DNA of 63,842 nucleotides, counting the filler, from Atractiella rhizophila (lineage: Eukaryota), in the NCBI GenBank assembly GCA_021432655.1. It is 42 parts of 42 records of this genome, joined end to end, with 100 filler letters (N's around TTAATTAATTAA, not from the genome) between each part and the next. Parts side by side here need not be neighbours in the genome. Positions count along the whole stretch, not along the records: positions 1 to 1,483 come from MU272958.1; positions 1,584 to 3,063 come from MU272959.1; positions 3,164 to 4,639 come from MU272960.1; positions 4,740 to 6,211 come from MU272961.1; positions 6,312 to 7,778 come from MU272962.1; positions 7,879 to 9,339 come from MU272963.1; positions 9,440 to 10,899 come from MU272964.1; positions 11,000 to 12,458 come from MU272965.1; 34 more parts are not named here. One strand, 5' to 3'. Of this stretch, positions 1-12,558 are shown one piece after another (the stretch's first letter is position 1; every line of letters begins with the position of its first letter). The position numbers and the translations under genes are program-made. The notes beneath the pieces were generated by a model. It made no database searches. It was given only the letters and a program-made list of their open reading frames with translations, and was not told the DNA's origin.

Positions 1-317
1 AGAAGGACGATATGAGTTCTCTTGGGTGACACCAGCACTCAAGATGGACGCTTGTGAACCGTCCGGTTGAGAGGAGGAACCTTGAACCGCATCATGATAA
101 GCTGGAGGTGCTTGAAGAGATGGCGTGAAGTCGTCGCGACGTTCGACGGCCGCGTTGTATCTTTGCACCTTTGCATTGGACACAACCATGGACGTTACGC
201 TCTCAGGCTCAGTCTGAAGGAAGAAATTAGCCATATATCCACATATTAGGATAAGCAAGAACTTGCTGGGGACAAAGGATTGGTGTCGACGCCAGCAGCA
301 ACATTTTCAGCAATCAT
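1..317 (-). CDS. Hypothetical protein, 5' part, with putative GC-AG intron (266-214)
   Basis: MIAENVAAGVDTNPLSP | gcaagt...gctaat...ttcag | TEPESVTSMVVSNAKVQRY... joins in frame and stays open to the window edge. Confidence 0.4.
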
Positions 318-1583
318 TTTGAGTCAAGGTGTGGGAAAAGGAAGAAAAGTTGGACGAGCTGTCCTTTTACGCTCGGGCTTGGTGGCGGGCTCATGAAGCA
401 GCAGAATAAACTGTGTATTGTAATTAGCAAGTAAAACTAGTGCGCTACTTCGCGGTTTTCGCAATGGGGCAATGTATACGGCACCCAGAGTGCATCCCTG
501 TTTGGTCCTGTATCCCCTTTATGACCGCAACGCACCCGACGGAACAAGTCGTATTTGTCAAGAAGGCCGATAACCTGCGCCAGCGAAGGAAGGCCTCATG
601 CGGGCTCGTTCGTTCACTCTTCTATCCTGGATTTAGGGTTAGGGTTGTGTTCCTGCTCCACAAGCGAATTTGACCGCCATCGCGCTGTGGAGCAGGAACT
701 GCACTGGTGAGTGACAGAAGTTTTGGTTTCCTATCAACTTATGACATGATAATGTTCTAATTTTTCTTCTACCCATCTTGCTTTCTAATGTTAGAAAATA
801 AAGAATTTAATGTCTGATAGGGCCTCTGCATGTTGTGATGTTTACAAGGGAACTGGAAACACCAGTCCTTACTGTAATATTTTAACTTGGTACCTGAGAT
901 GCAGGCAACATTATTTTCATTTCATACCTGATTAAGTGAACCAAAGGAAATGCTCCTGTTAAAAGGTTATTTTGGTATAATCCACATCATCAGTTTATAA
1001 AACTTATGCAAACATTCTACTCTTCTATGGTGAATTAATAACACAATGATATGAGGCTCTAGCCACATCTAATACGATATTTTACTTGTTTCACTTTGGT
1101 TATAACTCTTACCGGAGAATTACCCGGTTATTATACTTATCAGATGGCACTACTCTGATAATTATAATATTGAACCTTCTTTGGGATTGGTTCTCTTAAT
1201 GAATTATTGTCTAAAAATGTATCACCGTTGCTTTTCTTCTTGAATAGTAAATTAGTATGTTCATCTTCTCATGAATAAGATATAGCAAATGACAGTACCT
1301 CCTTGCTTCTGTACGATTACAATGGTGGTGCTGTAGATTTGACTATCCACACCATATCAAGGTTAAACCACGACTTTACAGATTTACCCTTATCTAAAAA
1401 GAGAAGAAGTAGATAGTGTTACAGTATTATGATTAATGTTGATAGTATTGATTATAAATATATTATTATGACAAAATGTGGCTNNNNNNNNNNNNNNNNN
1501 NNNNNNNNNNNNNNNNNNNNNNNNNNNTTAATTAATTAANNNNNNNNNNNNNNNNNNNNNNNNNNNNNNNNNNNNNNNNNNNN

Positions 1584-1678
1584 TCTGAGGTTTGTAGCTC
1601 ACATCAATGTGGAGCTTTGCATCTCCATTAAATCAGTCAAATACCTCTTCAAATATGTCTACAAAGGAAATGATCGGG
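1584..1678 (+). mobile_element. Helitron Rep fragment
   Basis: LRFVAHINVELCISIKSVKYLFKYVYKGNDR; near-identical to ~13265-13355. Confidence 0.85.
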
Positions 1679-3859
1679 ACAAGAACCCAATGAACTACGT
1701 GGTACAGTAAAAGGAAACAACGCAATCCAACCATCGATTGAAGCCAGCTAGTAATGAAGGAAGAGAAAAGGAAATAGTCGGAAGATAGTTTCGATCATAG
1801 AGATGCAGAAGGCTCGCTCTGTATTTAGGGTGTGTTCTCCAAGCTTCATTTCATGCGACTCGACTGCTTATGAAAACCATGTATGGATACATTCTTAGAC
1901 GTGTAACTTACGGCGCGTGCCTTTCCGTACGTGTACTCTTTGCAACAGGGAGCCTCTTTCAGCCGTTGTAATATGATGCAAGGGTTCCATATCGTTCCGA
2001 ACATCCTTCGACCAGCACGTTGCATGAGCAAGGTCTCGACAACTGGCAAATATGGCGAGTAACACTCTCCGAGTTTCAAGGATAGAACGTGCAAGCACGG
2101 AGGTAATTCTGGATATCGCAAGCTCGCCAACTCTTTTAATGTATATTTCTACTCAACTATCCTCCACCGTCCTCTTTTGCTGATGTACCTTCCTAGGCTA
2201 CTGGTGGAGTCGGTAGCGGTGTGCGCAAGTGATGAGTGGACAAGGACAATCAGCGAGAAGAAGGAAGGGAATAAGATGTATTGCAACAACATGGTGCATA
2301 GTGGAACGCGGAGCGTGACAGAGATGGAAAGGGAGGAGGGAAGCAGAGATGTACGAGAGAAGAGGTGACCGTCCAGTTCCCTGTCCCTCTTCGCATTTGC
2401 GCTTAATGAGATGGGTATTAGGTTCCTCCACCCCTCACCCTTCTCCTCCTGCTGCCCGGTTTTGCCTCGGCACTGCTCGACACTCCCACCTTCCCGACTT
2501 TCCTTCACCGCCGGGTCTACGAAGTGATAGAGAGCAGTGTGAGGGAAAGTACTCTTGAATCTCATCCAGAACCCTCACACCTTCACCTCTTGCATGATGA
2601 AGTACAGCTTGTGGGACGCACTACAAGTGAAAGACAGATGGTGGTTGTGTGCAAGGGAGAAATGACTGGGTTAGATTGAAAGTTGGAACAAGGAACCAGA
2701 TAAGTACTTTGACACAAACATTGTACATTAACAATAACTTCTAACCCGTATTACAGTACTTGTAAAGGCGCAGATATTTGAGGCAAGAAGTGAAGTGAAG
2801 GCTTTCTGAGGCTGAAGCAGGAGAGTCCTTCACATCGTACACTGCCGTTGGAAAATTATCTGAAATGAGCTGTGCCCTGCACAGTCAATGCAGAGTTTGA
2901 TCCATTTGAAAATAGGGAGGCCCAGACTGCGATGTACCTTCACTGTCTGCCCAGCTCAGGAATAAACGCACTCTCTGCAGCTTGTCCGAGATATAATGAA
3001 CGATTGCGTGCATGCCATGACAGATGCATATTGGCCCTGCGAAACTGATGAACATCTTTGGAGNNNNNNNNNNNNNNNNNNNNNNNNNNNNNNNNNNNNN
3101 NNNNNNNTTAATTAATTAANNNNNNNNNNNNNNNNNNNNNNNNNNNNNNNNNNNNNNNNNNNNCAGAAACCATTTCAGGAAGCAGAACGGACAGGTTGGC
3201 CACCAACACGATTGGGACACACAAGACAAGGCGTCAAGCACCGGTTCACCTTCACCCCTCTTCCCTGGACACTTGATCTGATTATTCGTGTGTTCATCTT
3301 AGGGATCCGACCTCGAGCTTGGTATCCAAGTTCATACCGGGACACCACAACACACTGAAACGCATGATATTGAGGTAGGTCATCACGTTCAATTCCCAGA
3401 CTGGTCTGAGGATTGAAATCGATAATCTAGCTCCCCAAGATGCATAACATCGATTCAAAACTGGGTCCTGATCGCCATGACGAACGGGAGTACTCGATCC
3501 ACGAAAAAGACCTTGATCGCCATACTGTTGATATCACTGTACGGTAATTTTTGGTTAGCTTTCGTAGTTTGTATGTGAGTTTGGATTGTTGCTTTATCCA
3601 TCAGTATATCTGGTTCGTATATTCGCCAGACGTGATGTTGGGATTCTTGATACCAAAAATTTGTCCTTCGTCAGTTTATCGTTGACGGGAAGATATGAGT
3701 AAAATCGTCCAATGAATCATTGCATCATTCAACGATTTTCAGAGATTGAACCGACCCAATTTGCAATCCCTAGGGTCATGATTAGGCAAATGTCGTCGTC
3801 AGTTTGAAGGCAAAACACGTGGAGATGCGTTGAGGGCTGGTGCAATTGTCAAACCTTAA

Positions 3860-4371
3860 GGATGTACACAACTGACATACCTTGTATCTCAACTTGAACA
3901 CGGATGAAATGATGGATGATATCGACATGTTTCGTATGTCACGGGAATTCTGGGTTGTGAGCGAGAGCAATGGCTCCTTGATTGTTGCAGAAAAGTGTCG
4001 TAGGCTCGTTATTTTTGATTCCTATGTCTGTACAGAGCTTTCGAAGCCAAATAGCTTCGCGAGCAGCATGCGAGAGGGCAACATACTCAGCTTCCATCAT
4101 TGAAAGCGCTGCCATGGTCTGTTTCTTCGCAGACCAGGATATTGCATCTCCTGAAAGTAAATAGCACATCCAGAGAGAGCTTCCTGACATTTGTTTCACT
4201 TGAATTTCCATCTACATCTGTAAATCCTACAGCTTTGTTCGCCTCAGTCTCCTCCATAAACGAGGGAATAGTCCTTTGTGGACTCAAGGTACTGAAAAAA
4301 CGTGTTTGACTGCTGTCCAGTGAGTCGAGTTTGGGTTTGAGGAGAACTGTGATAGGGTTTGGACTGCAAAT
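3860..4371 (-). mobile_element. Degenerate Ty1/copia pol (RT C-terminus and RNase H)
   Basis: FAVQTLSQFSSNPNSTHWTAVKHVF, AISWSAKKQTMAALSMMEAEYVAL, CNNQGAIALAHNPEF, TKHVDIIHHFIR; frameshifts and stops present. Confidence 0.92.
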
Positions 4372-4546
4372 TGTTGAAGCTTGGTTGTTTTTCTCTTTTC
4401 GTTTTTAGTTTCCCGTTCATCTTACGCATTCCGCGTCTGACTGTTCTGTCCGCTACTATAGTTTAGTCTTGTTCGCATTACCTGAGGTTCATCTTTTCCT
4501 CTTCCTGTCTTTCTGATGAACCTCAGGTTCAACAGGTTATGAGCCC
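4372..4546 (+). mobile_element. 5' LTR (4372-4534) and primer-binding site of a second copia element, inserted in opposite orientation
   Basis: TGTTGAA...TTCAACA termini followed by GGTTATGAGCCC (copia-type PBS for an internal tRNA-iMet fragment); starts exactly where the minus-strand RT frame breaks. Confidence 0.75.
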
Positions 4547-4739
4547 AAATGATCCCTACCGAATAAGCGTCCGCCTTCTCCCCCAAGCCTTCCTCCCCTT
4601 CCATCAATAGTCGTAAACACTCTCAAACAAACGCGACACNNNNNNNNNNNNNNNNNNNNNNNNNNNNNNNNNNNNNNNNNNNNTTAATTAATTAANNNNN
4701 NNNNNNNNNNNNNNNNNNNNNNNNNNNNNNNNNNNNNNN

Positions 4740-5257
4740 AAAGAATCATACGAAACCACTCCGTATCTCTTCGGACTTTCCTGCTTGAGTTGCTCAAATC
4801 CACCATTGGCCAGCAACCCCCAAACGATGAATCCTGCGTACACGGCGCAGACGCACGCTTGTCCAATTGTAATGTTGAGATAAGGGATGTCGCGGAGAAG
4901 AGTGGCGTTGTAGAGGTACCGAGCACTTTCCAAATAGTTAAGCGAAGCAGAACTATGAGAGAGAACTCACTGGAGGAAGAGCGAACGCTCGCTCAGCGGC
5001 TCAGCCCTCTCCGCTCTGTCATATCCACTCCTCAAGGTCCATCCTTGTCTCCATCTCCCCGTATGGGTTTGAAAGAATCTCGCGAGGATGGGAATGAATA
5101 GAAGGAACAAGGAACCAGAGAATATGAGGAGGCCGTAGTCCATGTGCTCCAACGTGAGGGTGTGAAGACCAGGATCTCCCCCGCCACCTTGTGGAGGACC
5201 GCCAGGAGCCCCACCAGCGCCAGCGCCAGTTGGAGGTTGAGAGGGAGGCGAGGACAT
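4740..5257 (-). CDS. Membrane protein N-terminus, possibly ferric-chelate reductase-like (partial)
   Basis: ATG at 5257, hydrophobic segment, 45-nt intron 4970-4926 joining in frame, then ITIGQACVCAVYAGFIVWGLL..PKRYG, which resembles the pre-TM region of fungal FRE proteins. Confidence 0.45.
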
Positions 5258-6739
5258 AGCAATGTATGGGATCTAAGGAATAGAACAGGCAGTGATGAAT
5301 TGAATCGATCGTACGATTCTTTTCGAGCGAAATAGAAACGACAGGAGGTAGTAAGGTGAGGTGGTAAATCAGGCCACGGGCCTTTTGAGTAAGGAACTGA
5401 AACGAGGAACTGAAACGAAAATAAAGAGGGTTGACAGGGTTTTTGAAGCCCCTGGTATCAACCATCAAGGGTAGCTGCGAACAGCTGCGAGGGACGGGAT
5501 GATGACGGGAGGCTAGAAACACAAAAGACTAATTGCACTAACGGTGTTATGCCGCTCCTTTGCCTCACAACTTTTCCGTATCGACAGCAAGGGGTAATCA
5601 ATCTTCCACATCATGCAGTCACAGCCAAGAGTAAAGTGTCAGCGTTCAGGTAGACATGAAGAAGCTCTGCGGTCTTGTGATAGTAGCAACGGGCAACAGA
5701 GAATAAGGAGACGAAATGAAGGATCCGATGGTTGTTACGTCCATCAAATCAGCTCCCCTGCTGCGCGTAGCTGCTGCAGAGAGACTGCGATTGGTCAAGA
5801 GTTGGCCATGAAAGGAAGTGCGGTGTCAGGCCACAAAGGAGTTCGCTCCAAGTAGTCCACCTATTCTGCCTTAAGTAAATGTAGGTACCCGTATCTGAAG
5901 AGCCAGCGTCCTGAGTGTTAGGGAGCGAAAGAATACTGGAAAGAATAGTGTGAAATCTTGAAATAAAGCAACCGCAGTCACATGACCTCGCTACAAACTC
6001 GAAGAGTGGAAGGTTGATTCGGTTGCACTAACCACCCTGTTCAGAATATTAATACGGGCGAGGCGAGGGAAGTAGAAGAAGTGGGGTAGAAAGGCAGTAA
6101 ATTTGGAGGTGCCATTGGTCTGATGGGTTAAGTCATTCACTCCGAGTACCCTTAGATATCATCAATATCATTAGTATTATTGTCAACTAAATCCATGATG
6201 GACGCACGACANNNNNNNNNNNNNNNNNNNNNNNNNNNNNNNNNNNNNNNNNNNNTTAATTAATTAANNNNNNNNNNNNNNNNNNNNNNNNNNNNNNNNN
6301 NNNNNNNNNNNGCATTTCAAACGTCGACATGCACACAGCTTCCCAATTCTGTACTGCAAGATCTTTTCAACTTGGATGAATCTGCACCATTGGACACAGA
6401 GGATTACGAGACCCCTCAACCTGATGAACCGGATAGTATCAATTCAGGCTTTCAGCGTATCGATCCTCAAACCTCTCGACCATACACCGAATCTTCCCTT
6501 CATGCTCAACAATTTCCAATCATCCAATTACTCAAGTCCGAATCCGACATCTGCTAGACACCCCCATCAGCTTCAACCCCGACATCCATTCAGATGATAC
6601 CCTCAAGTCCTCCCAACTCCACCCACAGTACCACATCCATCTCCCTGAACACTCCTATCAATCCAGTGACTTCTATCCTGAGCAACCACTCACAGTTTTC
6701 GCCAAGCAGATGGCAAACGAATCCGATTTAAGACCAAGA

Positions 6740-7130
6740 CGGATCCTGCTGTCCTCATCGCAGCAATCAGCGGATTTGACGCTGTCTACCAGCACTCTTT
6801 GTATCGTGAACAAGAGCTGCAAACATCTGTTCACATGAGTGCAAGGGAGGTTAAGAAGCTGCGAACCAAGGTTGAAGCGAAAAAGAAGTCTGGTAGGAAG
6901 ACGGAGTTAGTGACGACGGCTTGACTGATCAGCGGAACAGAAGCTTACCAACAGCTGCAGGAGAAGGAGAAGGAAGCTAAGGAGAAGGCAGCAGATGGTG
7001 AGAGGAGGAAAGAAGAGAGAGCACAGAAGAAGGTGGAGCAGGCAGCCAAGAAAGTGGAGAAGGAGAACATGCGGAATAACAAGCCTTTAGCCAAGCAAGG
7101 AATGAAGAAGATTTCTTCAGTGGCTCCAGA
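6740..7130 (+). pseudogene. Degenerate K/E-rich coiled-coil ORF, possibly the C-terminal region of a DNA transposase
   Basis: REVKKLRTKVEAKKKSGRK...LTDQ...EKEKEAKEK with frame breaks; no catalytic motif seen. Confidence 0.25.
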
Positions 7131-7914
7131 TGCCTGCATCACACCTTCATTGCATCTGTCCCTATCCCGCCAAATGTGAGTCCCTACGTCGCCACACACA
7201 TCAGTTGCCTTTCCATCGACTTCGATCATCAACAAGGACACCATCCAGCTTCGTGAAAATTTAGACTGGGCCTCATCTCTACTTAACAGCTTACAAATGG
7301 AAGAGCTGGTATCATCCAATTTCGATCAACTTCAACCACAGATTCATCCCACACTTCTTGGAGATGGTTCAGGTATGCCGATTCTTCATCCTTCTTCCTT
7401 CTATTCTTCTAAGAGCATTGGGTTTCTTGGCATGAGTCATAAGACGCACTTTTGAGCCCTCATACCTCCCTCACCATGCACAACAGAATGAAATGAATTA
7501 TGCCATCATAACCCATATGCTTGCCCCTTTCTGAACCTGCAAGGAAATTTTATTCTGAAGGCGGTAAAAAATATGTTTCATACTGGACTCGAACCCTCAC
7601 AAGAGTCACAGTAGGGTCCAAGGGGCCATGCCCCTTGCGAGTGGGTTGGGGTGCCTGAGGGACGAAGGCCTGCGACACACTTCTAGTAAAGATAAGAATA
7701 TTGATTACAATAGTGCTTGATCATTTGATCCATCCAGCACCCAAAAATGATCAGAAAAAGTGTTCACAACCCTCTGAANNNNNNNNNNNNNNNNNNNNNN
7801 NNNNNNNNNNNNNNNNNNNNNNTTAATTAATTAANNNNNNNNNNNNNNNNNNNNNNNNNNNNNNNNNNNNNNNNNNNNGGAACAGCCTTATTGACGCCAA
7901 GACACTACTTCTAG

Positions 7915-9339
7915 GAAGTGGAAAGCAAATACAATGTTGAGAATGGGTACAAGACTACCGCTCAAGTCATCTATGGCGACACGGATTCTGTGATGGTCAA
8001 GTTCGGAACGACCGACCTGTCAGAGACGATGCAGCTCGGTACGATCTTACCTTCCATCAGACGTCATTGTGACTTGTCAAAATGTCAGGTGCCGAAGCTG
8101 CTGCCTTTGTTACGGAAAAGTTCACCCCTCCCATTCGACTAGAGTTCGAGAAGGTCTATTTTCCATACCTGCTCATCAGCAAGAAGCGGTATGCAGGCCT
8201 GTACTGGACCAAGCCTGAAAAGTATGACAAGATGGACGCAAAGGGCATAGAGGTTTGTTATGTCCTGCAGTCTTACACTAGCTTAATTTTTATAATAGAC
8301 CGTTCGAAGGGACAACTGTCGATTGGTTCAGACCGTTATCGAAACATCTCTCAACAAGATGTTGATTGACAGGGATGTGCAAGCTGCCCAATCGTCAGTG
8401 CCGTGTCTATCAAGACCTATTTCTGATCTTCCTTGCAGATACGTCAAGCAAATCATTTCCGACTTGCTTCAGAACAAGATTGACATGTCTCAATTGGTCA
8501 TCACGAAAGCTCTGTCAAAGACAGGTACGTCTTTTCGGCTCATCATTGCAACTGATAGCTCATGGGAATTCATGATAGAATATTCTGCCAAGCAAGCGCA
8601 TCAAGCTTTGGCAGAACGCATGAAAGCTAGAGACGCAGGTTCCGCTCCTGCCCTAGGTGATCGAGTTGCATACGTGATCGTTAAAGCACACAAAGGTCCG
8701 TTGCTCTCCCTTCGGCCGTAACATTTGGTAGACGATTGAATGTATGTTGAATGTAGATGCGAAGGCATACGACAAGTCTGAGGATCCACTATTCGTTCTC
8801 GAAAACAACTTGCCCATCGATACGAATTATTACCTAGAGAATCAACTTTCCAAACCACTTATGAGGATCTTCGAGCCTATTCTAGGATCCAAAGCGAGCA
8901 GCCTATGTGCGTATCTACATATTTTTCATTCTCGCAGATGGTAGCCTGATACAAAGGGCAGTATCCGGTGACCATACGAGGACGATCTCTCTTGCTGCCC
9001 CGACCACAGGAGGATTGATGAAGTTTACTGTAAAAACTCTGACATGCCTCGGCTGCAAAACGCCTCTCAAGATCACAGACCCCAATCGAAGTATGTGGAA
9101 CAATCACTCATTCTGGCTGTTCCTCATTTGACTTCAGATACTGCTGTGTGCAAAAATTGTGCACCAAGAACCGCTGAGCTCTACAGCAAACACGTGTGTT
9201 TACTTTCCGTCCTTACCACACTTAAATTAACCACATCAATCAGCTCCAAGTATGTGGACAACATCAGATGACTTTCAGTCGTCTCTGGACACAGTGTCAA
9301 CGATGCCAAGGCAGTTTGGTACGGTTGGTTCGCTTGAAA
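7915..9339 (+). CDS. POL3: DNA polymerase delta catalytic subunit, C-terminal part, multi-exon
   Basis: [52 protein letters not shown]-terminal Cys motifs CLGCK and [10 protein letters not shown]; ~50-nt GT-AG introns. Confidence 0.97.
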
Positions 9340-9439
9340 NNNNNNNNNNNNNNNNNNNNNNNNNNNNNNNNNNNNNNNNNNNNTTAATTAATTAANNNNN
9401 NNNNNNNNNNNNNNNNNNNNNNNNNNNNNNNNNNNNNNN

Positions 9440-9723
9440 GCTGTAGCATTTGCGGTTCGTGATCGCTTTTCAGCCTTTTCCTCCTCAATGGTCTTTATTT
9501 TTTGCCTCTCGTCTACCGATGGGACCATGAGATCGCTGAAGTCTTCTTGCCGTACACGAATCATCGAGTAAATGTAGACTGCGGCAATAAAACCAAATAT
9601 TCCAGCGCCCGTAATAAGATTGGAGGTGCGATATATTCGCCGGGCTCGCAATAAACCAGGAGACATGAGGTAGTTGTTGGATTTGGGATGGTAGGAAGTG
9701 GACCAGGCCGTTCGAGTAGACAT
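9440..9723 (-). CDS. COA3: Cytochrome c oxidase assembly factor 3 (3' truncated by contig end)
   Basis: YLMSPGLLRARRIYRTSNLITG...VYIYSMIRVRQEDFSDL matches the fungal Coa3 pattern. Confidence 0.85.
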
Positions 9724-10109
9724 ATCGCTGTGCTTTAGGAAGTATGGACTTGAGCATGAGTGCAAGAAAAGCTGCTAACTTACAGGGGGATTTGGGAGCT
9801 TGTGAAGGCCGAAAAGTCGTGCTTGAGCTGACCACAAATTCAGTGAGCAGCTAATGAAGATTTGAAATTAACCAACTACAGACAAACACCGTAAACATTG
9901 TGAGAAATGTCTCTTTCAATCACAGTGCATACTTTGTAATTTGCAATTTACGGTGTCGCAAGAATGTAGTTTGCTAAATTAATTGCCGGATGGGAATGAG
10001 GAATACAACTACTGGTGATATTCAGCTAGCAACACTCCAACCTCCCAATAAGCCCCATAAACGATAAACGTCTCACTTCTTCCGCTTCCCCTTTTTCTGC
10101 CTCAAAATG

Positions 10110-10899
10110 TCAGTTTCTCTTTATGGAACGCAGCGAAGAACGGACCTTTTTCTTGTCTGTAGAGCTGGATCCCTGCTGGGTATCCCCAACATCAGATGTT
10201 CCAGCTTCGCTAACGCTGTCGTCGATCACAGAACCAGCTTGCGACGGCGTTTTAAAAGGCGATAGCGATTCTGCCGCGCCATTTACTAACGATGGAACTC
10301 TCGGAGGTGTCGCAGTCGGAGGGAGCGCTTGTGCTCTAGCAGGTGCTGGACTTGGGGAGCCAACGCCTTGAAGATGTGGATGCGGAAGAGGATGAGGATG
10401 AGGATGAGCGTGCGCGCGTTGTTGCTGTTGCTGTAAAGCAGCCTGCTGGACGAGCTGAGGGGGCTGCGGAATACTGATCTTGATGTTGTCTGGTAGCTTC
10501 GGAGGCTGACAGAGTAGTCGATTGGATGGATTGGCAGGAAGGTTTAGGAGCGACACGTCTTCGGCATCGTCTGGAGGCATTTTCAGAGCTCGGTCATTTG
10601 CAGAATATGATGGACACACCATTGCCTTCCTTTTCCACACTCGCATAGTTCTCCTTCTGAAAGGTGTGGCTTACCATCTCATTCGCGGTAACAAAAATGA
10701 ATTGACCCCACCCTTCCCTGAAAGTGTTCGCTTCCTGAACGACCTCCTGCAATTCGGCTTGATGCTCCTTCTCCGCCTCCAGGAAGCGATTCCAGATATC
10801 GTCTCCGACTTGCCCTTTCTGAAGCAGAGTAGACAAGGCCGCTTTGGCTTGATTAAGGCGCATCAGACGCTTAATGTCTTGAAATGCTCTGTTAAGCAG
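10110..10899 (-). CDS. Hypothetical protein with Q/H/P-rich C-terminal region (partial)
   Basis: Two open exons joined by a plausible intron (~10711-10657); low-complexity tail. Confidence 0.55.
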
Positions 10900-11364
10900 N
10901 NNNNNNNNNNNNNNNNNNNNNNNNNNNNNNNNNNNNNNNNNNNTTAATTAATTAANNNNNNNNNNNNNNNNNNNNNNNNNNNNNNNNNNNNNNNNNNNNC
11001 CTTGGTGTACACTCACGGTAGGTGTGATGCCTTGCTGGAAGATTTGAGAAGTTATAAAGGGCTCATAACTTGAATCATTCAAACAGCCAGGGGGTTTCCA
11101 CGCAAGGCTTGGGGGCTGTGAGTCACCATCACGTCTTTCGCTCAAGCTGCCCCTTGTCTCTTCTTCTTTCTTCACAACATTCACAACCAACAACCCCTGC
11201 CAACCACATCCATCACAACTTCACATCATGGCAACTACCACCTCCCCCGAAGTTATACCGCTTAAGCTCCCCGTTGTACAAGACACCCCCACAAACCCAG
11301 CACCAGTTCCTCCCAGGGAAGTGTTGACACTCCACATACGGAGAACCCGGTTGCCTAGTTTGCG

Positions 11365-12458
11365 ATGAGCGATGACATGAAAGGTAAATATGTCACGGTT
11401 AGCGTGAACGAGCTTCTGAACAGGCTACCATCACCGCCACAAAATAACGAAATGCCAGCAATCTTACAGGACGCGCCAGATATGTCTGGAATTGCAAACA
11501 AGCATTACGCCCCTTTTGTGAGTGCTGTGATCTAATTGGAACTTTGTTCTCACGCTTGTATTATTAGATAAAGTACATGTCTCCGTTCATTCATCCAGAT
11601 TGGGAGTTAGTCAACACGAGTGCAAAAGTGGACACTGATTTCCGCGAAGTGCTTGGGGTCACTGCTGTCAACCTAGACGTCACCCTCTATCGTTACCGTG
11701 GCGAGGAGAAGACTGTCATGAAGAAAGCTGAGATGTTCGGAGAGTTTGAGACGGAGTCAGAACCAGGGCCATTTCGCGATGAGAAATATGGAATGTTGAC
11801 GGAACGCATTGCGGACAAGGCCAGATTGACGCGCGATCAAATCACCATTTACAGCACCATCGTCCTTTCTTCCCAGGAAAGAACGAGATCGTATTCGTTC
11901 TTTGTTCAAGGACACACTGCTCGCCTTCTTTCGCACTCTCGTGGCGGTTTCGAAGTGACGCCGTCGTTCGATTATGTCAAGACATCACATCTCCGCGAGT
12001 TCTTTTGGCGCTACACGCACGCCTCCGATGATGAAGATAGAGGCCATGACACGACGATCAAGGACATCGACAAGAACGACAAAGGCGTAGAGGAGGCCAG
12101 GGTGAAGCTTAACCTCCAGGCAGGCAAGCCACTCCTCAAGGTCGAGGTACAAAACAAGGTCTTCTATATTTCGGACCCCTTTCTCTTTCGACACAACCAA
12201 CCTGTTGGCCGAGGAACAAGATGTTTTGAGGCCTACGACCCCGTTGAAAAACGGCTCGTTCTTCTCAAGGATACCTGGCGACATGCAGAATACCCTCGGG
12301 AAGGCGACATTTATGCGCAGTTGCACGAGAAAGGTGTCCCAAACATCCTCCGAGTTGTCGCGGAAGGTGACGTACTTGGAAAACTCCACCGCGCTAAGCG
12401 ATTGAAGGACGGCAAAGCGGACGGAAAGGAGATGGCACATTATCGAATCGTTTTCGAT
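11365..12458 (+). CDS. FunK1 fungal-type protein kinase (partial)
   Basis: FFWRY, GHDTTI, VGRGTRCFEAYD, VLLKDTWR, EGDIY..L...GVPNI, HYRIVF; intron 11518-11567. Confidence 0.88.
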
Positions 12459-12558
12459 NNNNNNNNNNNNNNNNNNNNNNNNNNNNNNNNNNNNNNNNNN
12501 NNTTAATTAATTAANNNNNNNNNNNNNNNNNNNNNNNNNNNNNNNNNNNNNNNNNNNN

